From positions 1 through 54,896 of IMG/VR virus record IMGVR_UViG_3300002219_000827: a stretch of DNA of 54,896 nucleotides, one strand, 5' to 3'. The notes beneath the pieces are model-generated. The model was not told the origin of the DNA, did not search any database, and saw nothing but the letters and a program-made list of their open reading frames with translations. Positions 29,090 through 39,157 of this stretch are shown here, piece by piece. This DNA comes from a virus. Taxonomy: Duplodnaviria > Caudoviricetes. Positions within the stretch are counted from its first letter, which is position 1. Each line of letters begins with the position of its first letter. The translations under genes were made by a program, and so were the position numbers.

Positions 29090-29476
29090 CTATGCGGTTA
29101 TTTCCGCACCAGGAGTAATCTCGTACTCAATCATCAAGCTGGCAGCCAGCGTAGCGCTGTTGGCTTTGGTCTTGATTTCAAGGAAACCGTTCTCAGCCAA
29201 TACCGCATCCGGAGTGATCGCAGCGAGCACCGAACCGGCGGTATTTGTTCCGGCCACCAATTCGCCGATTGAGGTTGTCCCATTCAAGATATCGTAGCCG
29301 GCCGCTGCATTCGTACCGGCAACATTGATGTTGCCACGAATCGACTTTACTTTCAGGGCAGCAAACGCCACGAACTTGGACACAGGTGTGGAAGCGGCAG
29401 TTGCCGGAGCTCCTACCGCCGTAGAGTACCGGCCTTGATAGACAGGGTTATCGTAAGCTTTTGTCTTTTTAGCCAT
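29090..29476 (-). CDS. Probable capsid decoration protein
   Basis: 128 aa, beta-rich, immediately after the major capsid gene, AGGAG RBS. Confidence 0.55.
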   Translation of the reverse strand: MAKKTKAYDNPVYQGRYSTAVGAPATAASTPVSKFVAFAALKVKSIRGNINVAGTNAAAGYDILNGTTSIGELVAGTNTAGSVLAAITPDAVLAENGFLEIKTKANSATLAASLMIEYEITPGAEITA

Positions 29477-29573
29477 ATCATTTCTCCTCGCCCTGTCGCC
29501 TCCCGACAGGGCATCTTGTTATTCGGGGAAGGCCGCTCGCGGCTCGCTGCCGCCTCTGACGCGCTTTAGCAGA

Positions 29574-30566
29574 CTAGACAGCTGAATCCCACTTGATAAC
29601 CCGTTCATCGGCCATCCCGTAGTGGACCAGGGCAAAACCTTCCAGCGCATACCAGGCAATCCCTTTGGAACGCCCGTAATCGCTGGGCACTTTGCCGCGG
29701 ATTTCCTCCGGAACGGAAATACCTTCTGCCACGGAATCATCACCGAAGAAGAAACACCAGGAGCTCTTCCCGTTGTTCCAAGCATCGGCCGTCTTGGTGG
29801 CCGGGTTCCAGGTAGTGGAATCAGCCGCCCCGCCTTTCGGAATGAAGGTCTGTTCAACAAACCTTACGTTTTCCGTCCGGCAGCGCCCGACTTCACCATT
29901 CAGGATCCGACCGAAGCCGGCGTCGGTGTATTTGTAAACCTCTTCCAGATCGTTCTTGATCGGGCGAAGGGTGGAAGGATGACTGATAGACATATAGTCG
30001 TCCTGAATATACGGCGCGATGTCCCGCTCCTTCATCATGTCCGAAATAGCCTTGACGTGATCAAGACCGAGCGCCACATTGTTGGTGCCGGTAGCCGTGC
30101 CGTTCGTGGTGAGCGTAATCGAATCCGTTGAAGTCCCGTCCGTAGGGACGACGCGAAGCAAAGTCCTGTTGAATTCCGCATGAGCGGCAATATCAAAAGC
30201 CTTGTAGGCATCGTTTTTCAACGTTTTGTTGATGATTTCCTTCACCGGGATCTCGGACAGGTCGTCATACTTGCCGCTGTAAGGGACCGAGTTGCCGAAT
30301 TCGGTGATGGTCATCGTCCCCTGGGTAACCACAAAGCCGGTTTCTGGCATGGTTTCGTTTTCACCCAGCGTCCCGCCCTGTGTTGCGACATCGGAATATA
30401 CGTTCCAGTGGAACGTATCGCCTTTTCCTTTACCCTGTACTGCAGCGTCCTTCACATCGGCAAACTGTCGGAATTTGCACAAAGGTTTTGCCTGAGTGCG
30501 CAGTACCTTCGACAGTTTTGGCGAAGCATAGTAGCCATCTGATTTATGTTCAGCCCAAAGTTCCAT
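29574..30566 (-). CDS. Major capsid protein (N4-gp56-like)
   Basis: KFRQFA, GKGKGDT, EFGNSV, DYGRSKGIAWY motifs; follows the scaffold gene. Confidence 0.8.
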   Translation of the reverse strand: MELWAEHKSDGYYASPKLSKVLRTQAKPLCKFRQFADVKDAAVQGKGKGDTFHWNVYSDVATQGGTLGENETMPETGFVVTQGTMTITEFGNSVPYSGKYDDLSEIPVKEIINKTLKNDAYKAFDIAAHAEFNRTLLRVVPTDGTSTDSITLTTNGTATGTNNVALGLDHVKAISDMMKERDIAPYIQDDYMSISHPSTLRPIKNDLEEVYKYTDAGFGRILNGEVGRCRTENVRFVEQTFIPKGGAADSTTWNPATKTADAWNNGKSSWCFFFGDDSVAEGISVPEEIRGKVPSDYGRSKGIAWYALEGFALVHYGMADERVIKWDSAV

Positions 30567-30581
30567 GTCCTGGTCTCCTTA

Positions 30582-31526
30582 TCAGGCCTGGCCACGCGAT
30601 TTCTTGATATCCGCGATTACCGAACTACGGTCCTCCGGAGTATTGTCGTCATCACTCCGCGAACCAGACCGGGCTCCCGTTACCGGGAGGTTCAATAGAT
30701 TTGATTTTCTCCGCTGTTTTTCTTCCAACGACGTTGTTTCTTTCACACCAGCTTTTTGCCTGAGCCACTCTCTGGTCTCCTTGCCGGCTTCCAGCATGGC
30801 ATCAGTAATCGACTTCCCCTCATCGAGTTTTGCGTAGTAACGATCATTCGCTGCACTGAGAAGTGTCGGATCCTCGAAAATATCCTGGTACTCACTCTTA
30901 AACTTCTTCTGCGCCTCGGCATGCTCATGCTTCACATCTCGCTTGGAGAGCCGCTGTTCCAGAAGATTGTCCAGTTCTTCCTGCGTTGGGGTAGACGATT
31001 CCTGTCGCCCTTTTTTCAGGATTTCTTTGAACTTGCTCCTGTCTCCATCCAATAAGGCGTCAATAGCCTTATCGACTTCATCTTCTTCTCCGCCCAGATC
31101 GTCACCATCATCATCGGCCTTGCGGGAAAGTTGCGCCTCGCGGGCCCTTAACTCAGTTTCCCAGTCGTCCAGTTCCTTCTTCCGACCGGAGGCCTCCTCT
31201 AGCCGCTTGGATGCCGTGGCGTCCTTCTGATACCCTTTGACCACTTCCGATAGGGGAAGCTCCCTCTCTTCCCCGTCGATTTTCACCCGGATCTTCCGGT
31301 CAGTCTCGTCGGGTATCTGCTGCTTCTCTTTTTCCTGCTGCTCTTTGTGCTGCGAATCATCCTCTGTGCCGTCCGATCCGAACAGCTGGGCTTCGCGTTG
31401 CTCCGCCATTCTTTCAATCTCCAGATCCCTCTCGGAGATTTGCGGCTCTCTGTCCTGCCCTTCATCACCTTTACCCTGCTTTTCTTCACGGTTTTCCGCG
31501 TCCTGTCGGATAGCGTCGTCATCCAT
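30582..31526 (-). CDS. Capsid scaffolding protein
   Basis: Acidic; VKIDGEERELPLSEVVKGYQK motif; precedes the major capsid gene. Confidence 0.75.
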   Translation of the reverse strand: MDDDAIRQDAENREEKQGKGDEGQDREPQISERDLEIERMAEQREAQLFGSDGTEDDSQHKEQQEKEKQQIPDETDRKIRVKIDGEERELPLSEVVKGYQKDATASKRLEEASGRKKELDDWETELRAREAQLSRKADDDGDDLGGEEDEVDKAIDALLDGDRSKFKEILKKGRQESSTPTQEELDNLLEQRLSKRDVKHEHAEAQKKFKSEYQDIFEDPTLLSAANDRYYAKLDEGKSITDAMLEAGKETREWLRQKAGVKETTSLEEKQRRKSNLLNLPVTGARSGSRSDDDNTPEDRSSVIADIKKSRGQA

Positions 31527-31557
31527 GATGGTCTTCTCCTTTATTGTCGATTCAGCT

Positions 31558-31578
31558 TGTTCAACTTTGTTGTGAACA
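31558..31578. promoter_or_regulatory. 21-bp motif copy 3 (TGTTCAACTTTGTTGTGAACA)
   Basis: Intergenic, upstream of scaffold/capsid genes. Confidence 0.6.
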
Positions 31579-31590
31579 ACAAACGTAGTA

Positions 31591-31872
31591 TTAATCTTCC
31601 GTATTCTCCGGATTCAATTCATCTTCGGCGTTCATTCCTTCCTGGACGATTTCCGCAAGCCAGACAATGAATGATTCAGCACGCCATATCTCGTTCTGCA
31701 GCCTGGTTATTTCCAGAGTATCGGTAGGCGAAACCGTCTTTAACCCATCAACAGCCTGGTCGATTTCGCTTTGCGCCTTGGCCACAAGGTTTTTCCCGAT
31801 ACTGGATTTAATGAAAGCCTCTGCCGCTTCTCCAAGGGAAACCGCTCTTTTCAGTACCTGTTCATCGTTCAT
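31591..31872 (-). CDS. Small helical protein between portal and scaffold
   Basis: Position typical of podovirus head modules. Confidence 0.6.
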   Translation of the reverse strand: MNDEQVLKRAVSLGEAAEAFIKSSIGKNLVAKAQSEIDQAVDGLKTVSPTDTLEITRLQNEIWRAESFIVWLAEIVQEGMNAEDELNPENTED

Positions 31873-33950
31873 CTTTCCACCCCGTCATTCTCATGCGTTT
31901 CGATACCACGCATCATCCCTTCGCCAGGTCCTATCGGCTGAGGAGGAAACATGGGAGAGGTGTTCTCTCTGACAGCAGGTAACGTTTCGACAACCTGATC
32001 TGATCCTTGCGGATAGATCGGAGCCTGATCCTGGTCCACATATCCGGCACTTTTGGCAATAGCATCGGCAGCCGGAGCCACTCCCGGCACGGAAACCGCC
32101 GTCTGCGCCGTCTGCATGGCCGAATACAGAGCTTCAACCATCTTCACAACCTTTGATGCTTTGGATTGTTCCGCATCCTCCAGAGCCTTTTTCGTCTGAG
32201 CCTGGGTAAGTTCCAGCTTTGCTTCGGCAATCATCTTTTCCAGCTCTTGAATAGGATCGGGCTTTTGTTCTTCCAGGTCGAAGAAACGGGCGCCGTCCTT
32301 ATATCCAGCCTTGCCGAAGAGCTCCTTGATAACCTCTTCGCTCTTCAGTCTTACCCTGGATTCACCAAGAAGCTCCTTCGCCGCCTTGGTCACTCCGATA
32401 AATCGATCCAACTGTTTCTGCGGGTTTGTCGAACCGATTCCGACGTTGACATTCAGAAGCACTTCCTGCCCAAGAAGCCTTTCGATAACCTCATCCGTCA
32501 AATCGTCCGGAGAGATCCCCACGGCCAAGCCTGCCAATTCCAGAATAGTCCGGTCAGTCTCGTGTTCTTTCTCCAACATAATCAGCTGCCGGAGAACCGG
32601 TTCTACCCATGTTTCGTTAAAAACCCGAATCTCGTACTCGCCAACTAAATCAGCATCTGAGGAAAGGAGATTCATTCCTCCTACTGTTTCATTAAGCCGC
32701 CGGTTGTTTTGAACGCTCCCCTGCGAGAAGTTGCCGGCCAGCTCGTCAAAGTCGCCGTTCACCCGATCCTGTTCCTGGAAACTTGCTCCAGTGGCATTCG
32801 GCGTAGTGATCTCCTCTGCGTCGGCCAACTTATTCAGGAGGGTAACCGACGCCGGGACGTTCCGTGTCAGGCTTCGCGTGTCCACTTGTTGGCCGCGCAA
32901 TACCTTCCACCTTGGGTCCAGGATCCGTTTGATATTATCCCGGCGTTCGTTGACAATATCGTTGATCTCTTTTTGCGGCTCGCGTAACAGCTCTACCTTG
33001 GCGCTGGGATATACCTTGTGCGTCTCAACAATGACGCAGCCCATCACATAGGGGCGGATACCGTGTGGATATGCTTTTTCCAGAACAACCGGCACGGTCA
33101 GCATGAACTCGGTTCCGAGGGTCAAGTAGACGTAATCCTGACCCTCCACATCAACGATATTATGATGGACCCAGCCAATCGTGTAATCGGTAACGGCATT
33201 GTTGTTGTCTTTGCTGTCAGTCCGCTGCTCCCGGGTCAGGCGAGTAGTATCGGCGCTCTTCTTGACAGCGCTCTGTATCTCTCCCTCAGACAATTCAATC
33301 CAGCGCTTGTCTTCCGGGGTTTTGTCCGACATCATTTTTTTGATATTGCCGACATACATCGGCACCAGATCAATGATGTACGGAGAGCTGTTTACCGGGT
33401 CGGTCCAGTCGGCGCCTGGGTCTATCCTAACGTTTTCAACCGGTCTCAAAACGACACGGGGACGATCTATCTTTTTTTGCTCGTCATATTCCCATTCCTG
33501 TTTCGAGACGACTACGCCGGTTGTCTGCGCGTCCTGATGCCCCCCGACGAGCGTGAGGAACCAAGGGATACCATGAGGGTACGGCCTAGTAAGACGGGCC
33601 TGCAGTAAAGCCTTGTAAAACTCCGCCGATAATTTATTCAGTTCGTTGTTATCATCCACGGGCCGGAGTGCGACAACATCCTCCGAGGAGAAATACGCCC
33701 CGGCACATATCGCCTCACTCTTGCGGACAACAGATCTCGTCTTTGGCCTGAACAGCTTCGAACGGTTCTTATATGAATCAGAGAGATACTTCGAACCCCG
33801 CGGGTGTTTCCCTTGGAACTGGCGAATATTCCGCTCCACCTCCGCACGGATGTTCACATCGAACCAGGTTGTTGAAGCGCTATACGAATCACTGGCCCTG
33901 TCCAGCCACTCCCGGAAATCGTCCTGGTTGATCTTTCCGCCCTGATCCAT
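31869..33950 (-). CDS. Portal protein
   Basis: About 690 aa; RSKLFRPKTR and ETVGGMNLL motifs; between terminase and scaffold; start MDQGG. Confidence 0.8.
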   Translation of the reverse strand: MDQGGKINQDDFREWLDRASDSYSASTTWFDVNIRAEVERNIRQFQGKHPRGSKYLSDSYKNRSKLFRPKTRSVVRKSEAICAGAYFSSEDVVALRPVDDNNELNKLSAEFYKALLQARLTRPYPHGIPWFLTLVGGHQDAQTTGVVVSKQEWEYDEQKKIDRPRVVLRPVENVRIDPGADWTDPVNSSPYIIDLVPMYVGNIKKMMSDKTPEDKRWIELSEGEIQSAVKKSADTTRLTREQRTDSKDNNNAVTDYTIGWVHHNIVDVEGQDYVYLTLGTEFMLTVPVVLEKAYPHGIRPYVMGCVIVETHKVYPSAKVELLREPQKEINDIVNERRDNIKRILDPRWKVLRGQQVDTRSLTRNVPASVTLLNKLADAEEITTPNATGASFQEQDRVNGDFDELAGNFSQGSVQNNRRLNETVGGMNLLSSDADLVGEYEIRVFNETWVEPVLRQLIMLEKEHETDRTILELAGLAVGISPDDLTDEVIERLLGQEVLLNVNVGIGSTNPQKQLDRFIGVTKAAKELLGESRVRLKSEEVIKELFGKAGYKDGARFFDLEEQKPDPIQELEKMIAEAKLELTQAQTKKALEDAEQSKASKVVKMVEALYSAMQTAQTAVSVPGVAPAADAIAKSAGYVDQDQAPIYPQGSDQVVETLPAVRENTSPMFPPQPIGPGEGMMRGIETHENDGVER

Positions 33951-33951
33951 G

Positions 33952-34302
33952 CTATCCCCTGTCCATAATGATTTGGCCGCTGAAATCCATTGGCAGACCT
34001 TCCCACTTGTCCACATTGAAGCTGCCGCGTCTCATGTTGTAGCGCTCCAACAGTTCTCCACCCGCCATTTTCACATCGTGCTCAATCTGCGATGCCGAGT
34101 GGATCCCTTTCAAATGAATCCGGAATCCCCATATCCCGCTCAAAAACAGGTTATGGATGTTGATCATCCCCTGACGGACATTCACGTCCACATGCCAGAA
34201 ATGACCCGGATAGTGGCGACGCAACACTGCCAGCAGACTATTCTGCAGCATAAGATCCTGCGGGTTACTACTATCTTCACTCATCGAAACTCTCCGGTTC
34301 AC
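33952..34302 (-). CDS. Hypothetical protein (HYPGHFW motif)
   Basis: Conserved-looking small gene before the portal. Confidence 0.6.
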   Translation of the reverse strand: MNRRVSMSEDSSNPQDLMLQNSLLAVLRRHYPGHFWHVDVNVRQGMINIHNLFLSGIWGFRIHLKGIHSASQIEHDVKMAGGELLERYNMRRGSFNVDKWEGLPMDFSGQIIMDRG

Positions 34303-34483
34303 ATTCTGTCTGGCAAAGATTCGCCTTTTCTACGTCCGACAACCACAACCACTCCTTGCGCGAATAAAGCGATTGAATCACAAACGGCAGCCGGTCGTAA
34401 TCGTCTTCATTTTGTATGTGATCACTCGCCACGCAGTACCCCTGATCCGTCACGCTTAAATTTTCTGCCATTGGAAAACTCAT
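34277..34483 (-). CDS. Small hypothetical protein (start uncertain)
   Basis: Packed in the operon; YSRKEWLWLSD motif. Confidence 0.4.
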   Translation of the reverse strand: MSFPMAENLSVTDQGYCVASDHIQNEDDYDRLPFVIQSLYSRKEWLWLSDVEKANLCQTECEPESFDE

Positions 34484-34573
34484 ACTCCGTGGTGTCTTCC
34501 GGCTCCGGATCCACGTCTGCGCATATATCTCCCCAGAGCTTTACTGAAAACGAAAGATCTGCCATAGTTCACC

Positions 34574-36748
34574 TCAATCCAAATACTCTTCCGGTTCAAG
34601 ATCCCGCTCGTTGAAAATCTGCGGTGGTGTATAGTCCATATCGTACAATCGGCTACAGGCATCGAGCAGGTCAGCGAATTGCACCGAAGGATAGACCAGG
34701 TACTCATTCGTGAACTTGTTATTCAGGACATAGACGTTTCCGTTCTGGTCCTTTCTCTTTACCGCCTGGAGAACCAGGTGACCTTTCCCCTGCTGTTTCA
34801 TTTTCGCCTGCAGGGCGGTCTCTTCCTTGGTTCTGGCAATCAGCAGGAAGGAACCTCTCGCGAAATCGGGTACCAACCTGCCGATCCTGTCTTTTTCCGC
34901 TTCCTCGTTATCCTGCGGCCAGACCAGTTCCGCTATCTGGAAAGCATTCCCTTCACGCATCATCTGGCTTTCGCAGAATTCAAAATCAGACAGGTAGGTG
35001 AAACGCTCGTAACCAACCGAGACAAATTGGACACCCTTTTGTGAGCTCCAATGTTTGCGCAGCGTCTTTACCGCCTGCCAGCGATCCTGCAAGGTCATCT
35101 CGTGACAGTAGCCATCCAGGAGAATCTTCTTCCGTGCCGAATCAACCCCAATCACCGCAATCCCGGTATTATCAACCCCGGCCCGACGGGAAGAGGACCT
35201 GCTTACCAGAATATAAATATTCAGCGTCTCCGGCCTGACTTCCAGGTAGCGCAGATGATTCCGATCAAAGATCCCGTCGAACTCAACAGAGGCGTAAATA
35301 ATTGCGTCTCCCTCATCTGTCGAACGTTTGAGTCTGGTGAAAATATCCTCTTTGCTCTCCGCCTGAATACCGCGGGTCGTCACTCTCCACTTCACAGCAC
35401 AGAGATCTGCCTTCAACGAGTTACCTGGGGGAAGCGCCACCTCCGAACCATGCTCCGGATCCAGCTTTTCCCGAAACAGCCAATACAAAGCAGATCGTAC
35501 GTTCGCAAACTTCAGCTGGCCGCTTCGGTCCGTCTTGGTACTCTTCTCGGATCCGCAAACAGGATTTACCGCCACTCCGTTGTCGAGGAGATGGTCATAG
35601 GCACTGGCTCCGACTCCAATCACATCCACATTGACCATGGCTCCGTCTTTTCGATGCGCGATTGCAAGTCCGGCCGATGCTGCTCCATCGGGAGTTTCCT
35701 TCCCCGGAGCGGTCACCAGCCTGTCATACCAAGTGTTGTAACGAGGAGCGACAACCGTCTTGTCTTTCCCTCCCCTGGCCACGTCCAGACCGATCGAAGT
35801 CATTGGCCCGCGTTTTCCATCCTCTTTCCAGCGAGCCTGGGCCAACTCCACCCACTTCGTTGGAAGTATCTGCCACGGATCATCTTCCATACCCGCAAGA
35901 TAATCCCCGTACAACATCTGCGACCGCAACGGCTCCGGCAACGCCTGCAGCGTAGAAATATAACCACTCTCCACTAGAAACGGATTGTCCGTTACCTTGG
36001 AAGGAATGAACGTCCGTGACTTCGGTATAATCAACTCACCCTTATGCTTAAATGGTCGTCCATCCGGGACTTCCGTATCCTTACCATCCAGCATTGCGAA
36101 CCAGCGAAGCTCCCCAGGCGCTGCAGGGTTCGGATGGTTCTTGTCCAGCCATGGGCCCCAATAATCGATAACCCACTGCCCTTCTGCTGTTGTCGGCGGA
36201 TTCCCGGTACATACCACCCGGCATCGCTGCCCCTGCCTGGTTGTTCTGTTCCAACCCTTCAGGAACAAATACTGTAATTTCAGGAAATGGCAGATCTCGT
36301 CAAAGATGATCAGATCTTTCGGTCGACCCTGGTGCTTCTCAACGTCGTCAGGATCCTTGCAGGATCCCAACTCAACAATCCGTCCATCAACTCTCCAGAT
36401 ATGATCCTGCGAATTGAATCCGTCCCGGGTACCGAGGATCTCTGCCATCCTCTCGATATTGCCCTTGTGCTGGACCCCTTCACGCCTGAAAATCGTACTC
36501 ATGTGATGCTGTGTTATGGCCAGGCCTAGTGAAAGATCCGTTTTTCCACCGCCAGCTGCCCCGCCATACAACAGCTCGTCAGCCTCGCAGTGATACGCCT
36601 CAGTCTGCGGACCCGGCAGCGGAACCCACCTCGGAGTCCCCGCCAGCAGGATCTTGTCCAGCTCTTCGCGTTCTTGCGGAGTCAAGAAGGGCAATAAGTC
36701 GCGCACTTCGCTCAATGTCACTGATGTTATTGCCGCCAAGCGGTTCAC
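34574..36748 (-). CDS. terL: Terminase large subunit with extra C-terminal nuclease-like domain
   Basis: YGGAAGGGKT Walker A, IIFDE Walker B, TGNP, GLDVARGGKDKT nuclease. Confidence 0.9.
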   Translation of the reverse strand: MNRLAAITSVTLSEVRDLLPFLTPQEREELDKILLAGTPRWVPLPGPQTEAYHCEADELLYGGAAGGGKTDLSLGLAITQHHMSTIFRREGVQHKGNIERMAEILGTRDGFNSQDHIWRVDGRIVELGSCKDPDDVEKHQGRPKDLIIFDEICHFLKLQYLFLKGWNRTTRQGQRCRVVCTGNPPTTAEGQWVIDYWGPWLDKNHPNPAAPGELRWFAMLDGKDTEVPDGRPFKHKGELIIPKSRTFIPSKVTDNPFLVESGYISTLQALPEPLRSQMLYGDYLAGMEDDPWQILPTKWVELAQARWKEDGKRGPMTSIGLDVARGGKDKTVVAPRYNTWYDRLVTAPGKETPDGAASAGLAIAHRKDGAMVNVDVIGVGASAYDHLLDNGVAVNPVCGSEKSTKTDRSGQLKFANVRSALYWLFREKLDPEHGSEVALPPGNSLKADLCAVKWRVTTRGIQAESKEDIFTRLKRSTDEGDAIIYASVEFDGIFDRNHLRYLEVRPETLNIYILVSRSSSRRAGVDNTGIAVIGVDSARKKILLDGYCHEMTLQDRWQAVKTLRKHWSSQKGVQFVSVGYERFTYLSDFEFCESQMMREGNAFQIAELVWPQDNEEAEKDRIGRLVPDFARGSFLLIARTKEETALQAKMKQQGKGHLVLQAVKRKDQNGNVYVLNNKFTNEYLVYPSVQFADLLDACSRLYDMDYTPPQIFNERDLEPEEYLD

Positions 36749-37280
36749 CGTCCTTGCCCGTCACCTCCATCTTGTCCTTGTGCATCCCCTGGATACGGGC
36801 CAGTTCCTGGGAAGACTGGTGCCGGGTAGGCACCTTCAACAACGTTCGCACACCATCCTTCGAATTCACCTGTTCGAACTCAAGGATCGACCGGGCATCA
36901 GCATTCCATTCTTCCGGCGGCTTGGTTCTTATCTCATCGAGAAGGGCCATCCGGTCGACGCTCATCACCTTCCGGTGATACCCCATCACCAGCGCCCGAG
37001 CCTCTAGGCCAATTTCCTCTTGAATCTCGGCAATCCGGGCTTTAATGTTAGGCTTTGATAGGAGTTTTGACGATTCTGCTCTAGCTGTTCCATAGGTGGT
37101 CTTCGGCTTCACTGCCTGGTAGGCTTTCACGGCCACACCGAGGTCCACGTACTTCCAGCAAAACCGCTCTTCCCACGGTTTCAGCGAAACGGAGGCGGAG
37201 TCGTACCCCAGGTCTCCCGCCATACTCGGAAGAACCGTTTGCCCTGGTACGCTTGTTTGACCATCCGCTATACTCACCAA
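36600..37280 (-). CDS. terS: Terminase small subunit
   Basis: ERFCWKY...AYQA...SSKLLSKPNIKARI and EVTGKDGEPL motifs. Confidence 0.8.
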   Translation of the reverse strand: MVSIADGQTSVPGQTVLPSMAGDLGYDSASVSLKPWEERFCWKYVDLGVAVKAYQAVKPKTTYGTARAESSKLLSKPNIKARIAEIQEEIGLEARALVMGYHRKVMSVDRMALLDEIRTKPPEEWNADARSILEFEQVNSKDGVRTLLKVPTRHQSSQELARIQGMHKDKMEVTGKDGEPLGGNNISDIERSARLIALLDSARTRRAGQDPAGGDSEVGSAAGSAD

Positions 37281-37295
37281 TAACTCCCTTAAACG

Positions 37296-37339
37296 AAAAA
37301 ACCCGCACCACTAGCCACGTTTCGGCCAACAGTGCGGGT
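37296..37339 (-). terminator. Intrinsic terminator just upstream of terS
   Basis: ACCCGCAC...GTGCGGGT stem plus T6 tract. Confidence 0.6.
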
Positions 37340-37377
37340 CTCAGTTACCTCGAAAGGTTTTGACTTACCGCTTATGT

Positions 37378-37545
37378 CTACTTTAAAGTCTTCTTTACTT
37401 CTGCGTTTCCAACCTTAAAATCGGCCCAATTCACTATCAACTGCCCATACGGAACATCAATAAGGCCGACAGTAAGCATACATTCTGTCAACTTCTTCTT
37501 CCATTCGGGGTCTAAAGATTTCCTTTCAACGCTTCCAGGGGCCAT
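37378..37545 (-). CDS. Small leader protein (55 aa, DUF2292-like), not in ORF track
   Basis: GGAG RBS; PYGQLIVNWADFKVGNAEVKKTLK pattern. Confidence 0.5.
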   Translation of the reverse strand: MAPGSVERKSLDPEWKKKLTECMLTVGLIDVPYGQLIVNWADFKVGNAEVKKTLK

Positions 37546-37597
37546 TTAACACTCCGTTCAATCATCTGCCTATCACCCCTAAACCAACTTTCAAAAT

Positions 37598-37618
37598 TGT
37601 TCAACATAATTATTAACA
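37598..37618. promoter_or_regulatory. 21-bp motif copy 4 (TGTTCAACATAATTATTAACA)
   Basis: Intergenic at the head of the packaging operon. Confidence 0.55.
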
Positions 37619-37646
37619 AAAAAGGCGATGTTTCCCCCGCCTTTAA

Positions 37647-37934
37647 TCATCTTAAAGCCCCCTGCAACATCCGCTGCCGGTACAACTCCATCAAAGTCGG
37701 CGTCTCCTCACGCTCAACAGGAGCCACAGAGGGCATAATTTCCAGATTCTGCTTCCACGCAGAAACCTTCTTCCCTGCTTTTTTCCTCGCCGCCTTTGAT
37801 TTCTCAGCCCGGTGAGCATTTGCGCACGACCTGTCGCAGTGCGTCCGCTTTTTGAATTGCTGGATGGTCTCTTGAGGATTCTGCACCAAGGGTTTCAAAC
37901 ACGTGCTCCAGGCACATCTCTTTTCATCAGCCAT
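37647..37934 (-). CDS. Zn-finger-like hypothetical protein
   Basis: CAWSTC...HCDRSC; start MADEK. Confidence 0.5.
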   Translation of the reverse strand: MADEKRCAWSTCLKPLVQNPQETIQQFKKRTHCDRSCANAHRAEKSKAARKKAGKKVSAWKQNLEIMPSVAPVEREETPTLMELYRQRMLQGALR

Positions 37935-38331
37935 GCCGCACCGCCTTTTCTCTCTCCGATGTGCCAAACTTCCCCTCAAACCGACTCAGCATCTCAGCAA
38001 TTTGCCGCTTCCGCACCTCAGGAGGCGTCGTATCCGGCTTTACCTCCGGGGCCGGCAGCTGCAGCGCCGTCGGCTTCGGTGCCTGTTCAGCTGCCTCTCG
38101 CAGATCCGCAGGCTTCGGAAAGAATTTCGAATGACCGAACAGCCACTTCGCCCCCCACTCAATCCGCTCGATGTGCAGATCCTTCAACGACTCAAACCAG
38201 TCAACCAGGTCCTTTTTCCCCAACTCCCGAGGCACGTCCTCCCTAAAAGCGCCTTTCCCCCTGGCCAGCGGGTACTTATCCGCCAGCCAGTACATCACCG
38301 TTGCAAATCGCGACTTATCAGCCTCAACCAT
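37927..38331 (-). CDS. Putative replication accessory protein (helicase loader/inhibitor-like)
   Basis: KFFPKPADLRE motif; follows the initiator; start MVEAD. Confidence 0.5.
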   Translation of the reverse strand: MVEADKSRFATVMYWLADKYPLARGKGAFREDVPRELGKKDLVDWFESLKDLHIERIEWGAKWLFGHSKFFPKPADLREAAEQAPKPTALQLPAPEVKPDTTPPEVRKRQIAEMLSRFEGKFGTSEREKAVRHG

Positions 38332-39157
38332 CAGCTCCACCTCCCGCGAAATCCCTGCACGCCTGCTTGTTTGCCGCTCTCGTAGCCTCTGCCAGCGAAC
38401 CTGCCGCCACACCCTCCGGGCTTGCCCTGGTACCGACGCCAGATCCCAGGTTACGGAACCAGCGCAACACCAGCAGCCACGGATCCGTGCCAATCGTTTC
38501 CCGGCGGTATTTTGCGACCAGCTCCTCTGTCTCCAGGCCAATGTCGACATCAGGGAAGTTTTTCTGCAACCAGTCCCGCTGTTCCTCCACGCATTTCCGG
38601 AGAGACCTCTCCGACAGGGTTACGCCAGCCTGCCCGCCAGCCTTGGGTGTCAGATCCGGCCCTGTCACTCCTGACTGACTCTGTTCCCTAGCAGGCTTTC
38701 CTTTCCCTTCCTTTTCCCTTCCCTTCCCTTCCCTTCCTGTCATCCCTACTGTGTCTCTATCTTTTCCCTGTTGTGTCCCCGGTGTGTCCCCGCTTGGCCC
38801 CGGTTCTATCTTGCCGGGATAACTGGGTAATTTAGCGGGTTCCGTTCCTTCCTTGCCGGTGATCCTTTGATGTGTCGTAAATGTCGGGATAAATCCATAT
38901 TTTTTGCCATCAACCACAAAAGGGATAATAATCTCTGCCTCCGTGAGGATATTCAAGGTTGCTTCCATATCGAATTTCAGGAAGGGTAGAATATGAAGAT
39001 TCAATATTCTCGGCCGCCATTCAAAAACACCCTGCTTGTCGCAATTGCCCCACAGCCCAGCGAACACCAGCATCACATATTTACCGGGATTATCAGCTTC
39101 CAAATCCTGCAGGTCTTCATCAATAAAAAATTCCGGCTTTATTGTGCGGATGCGCAT
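38324..39157 (-). CDS. Phage replication initiator (replisome organiser-like)
   Basis: RIRTIKPEFF, LWGNCDKQG, FTTHQR, GREGKGRE linker. Confidence 0.7.
   Translation of the reverse strand: MRIRTIKPEFFIDEDLQDLEADNPGKYVMLVFAGLWGNCDKQGVFEWRPRILNLHILPFLKFDMEATLNILTEAEIIIPFVVDGKKYGFIPTFTTHQRITGKEGTEPAKLPSYPGKIEPGPSGDTPGTQQGKDRDTVGMTGREGKGREKEGKGKPAREQSQSGVTGPDLTPKAGGQAGVTLSERSLRKCVEEQRDWLQKNFPDVDIGLETEELVAKYRRETIGTDPWLLVLRWFRNLGSGVGTRASPEGVAAGSLAEATRAANKQACRDFAGGGADG
38698..38792. repeat. CCCTT tandem repeats and TGTGTCCCCG direct repeats; candidate origin within the initiator gene
   Basis: Direct repeats inside the initiator gene, as in lambdoid origins. Confidence 0.35.

Noticed and set aside
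29490-29570. Structured RNA or tRNA between the capsid and decoration genes
   Set aside because: Only a simple GC hairpin; no cloverleaf or T-loop signature
37598-37618. 21-bp motif as an IHF or LexA site
   Set aside because: Spacing does not fit WATCAA-N4-TTR, and it does not match the LexA boxes I know
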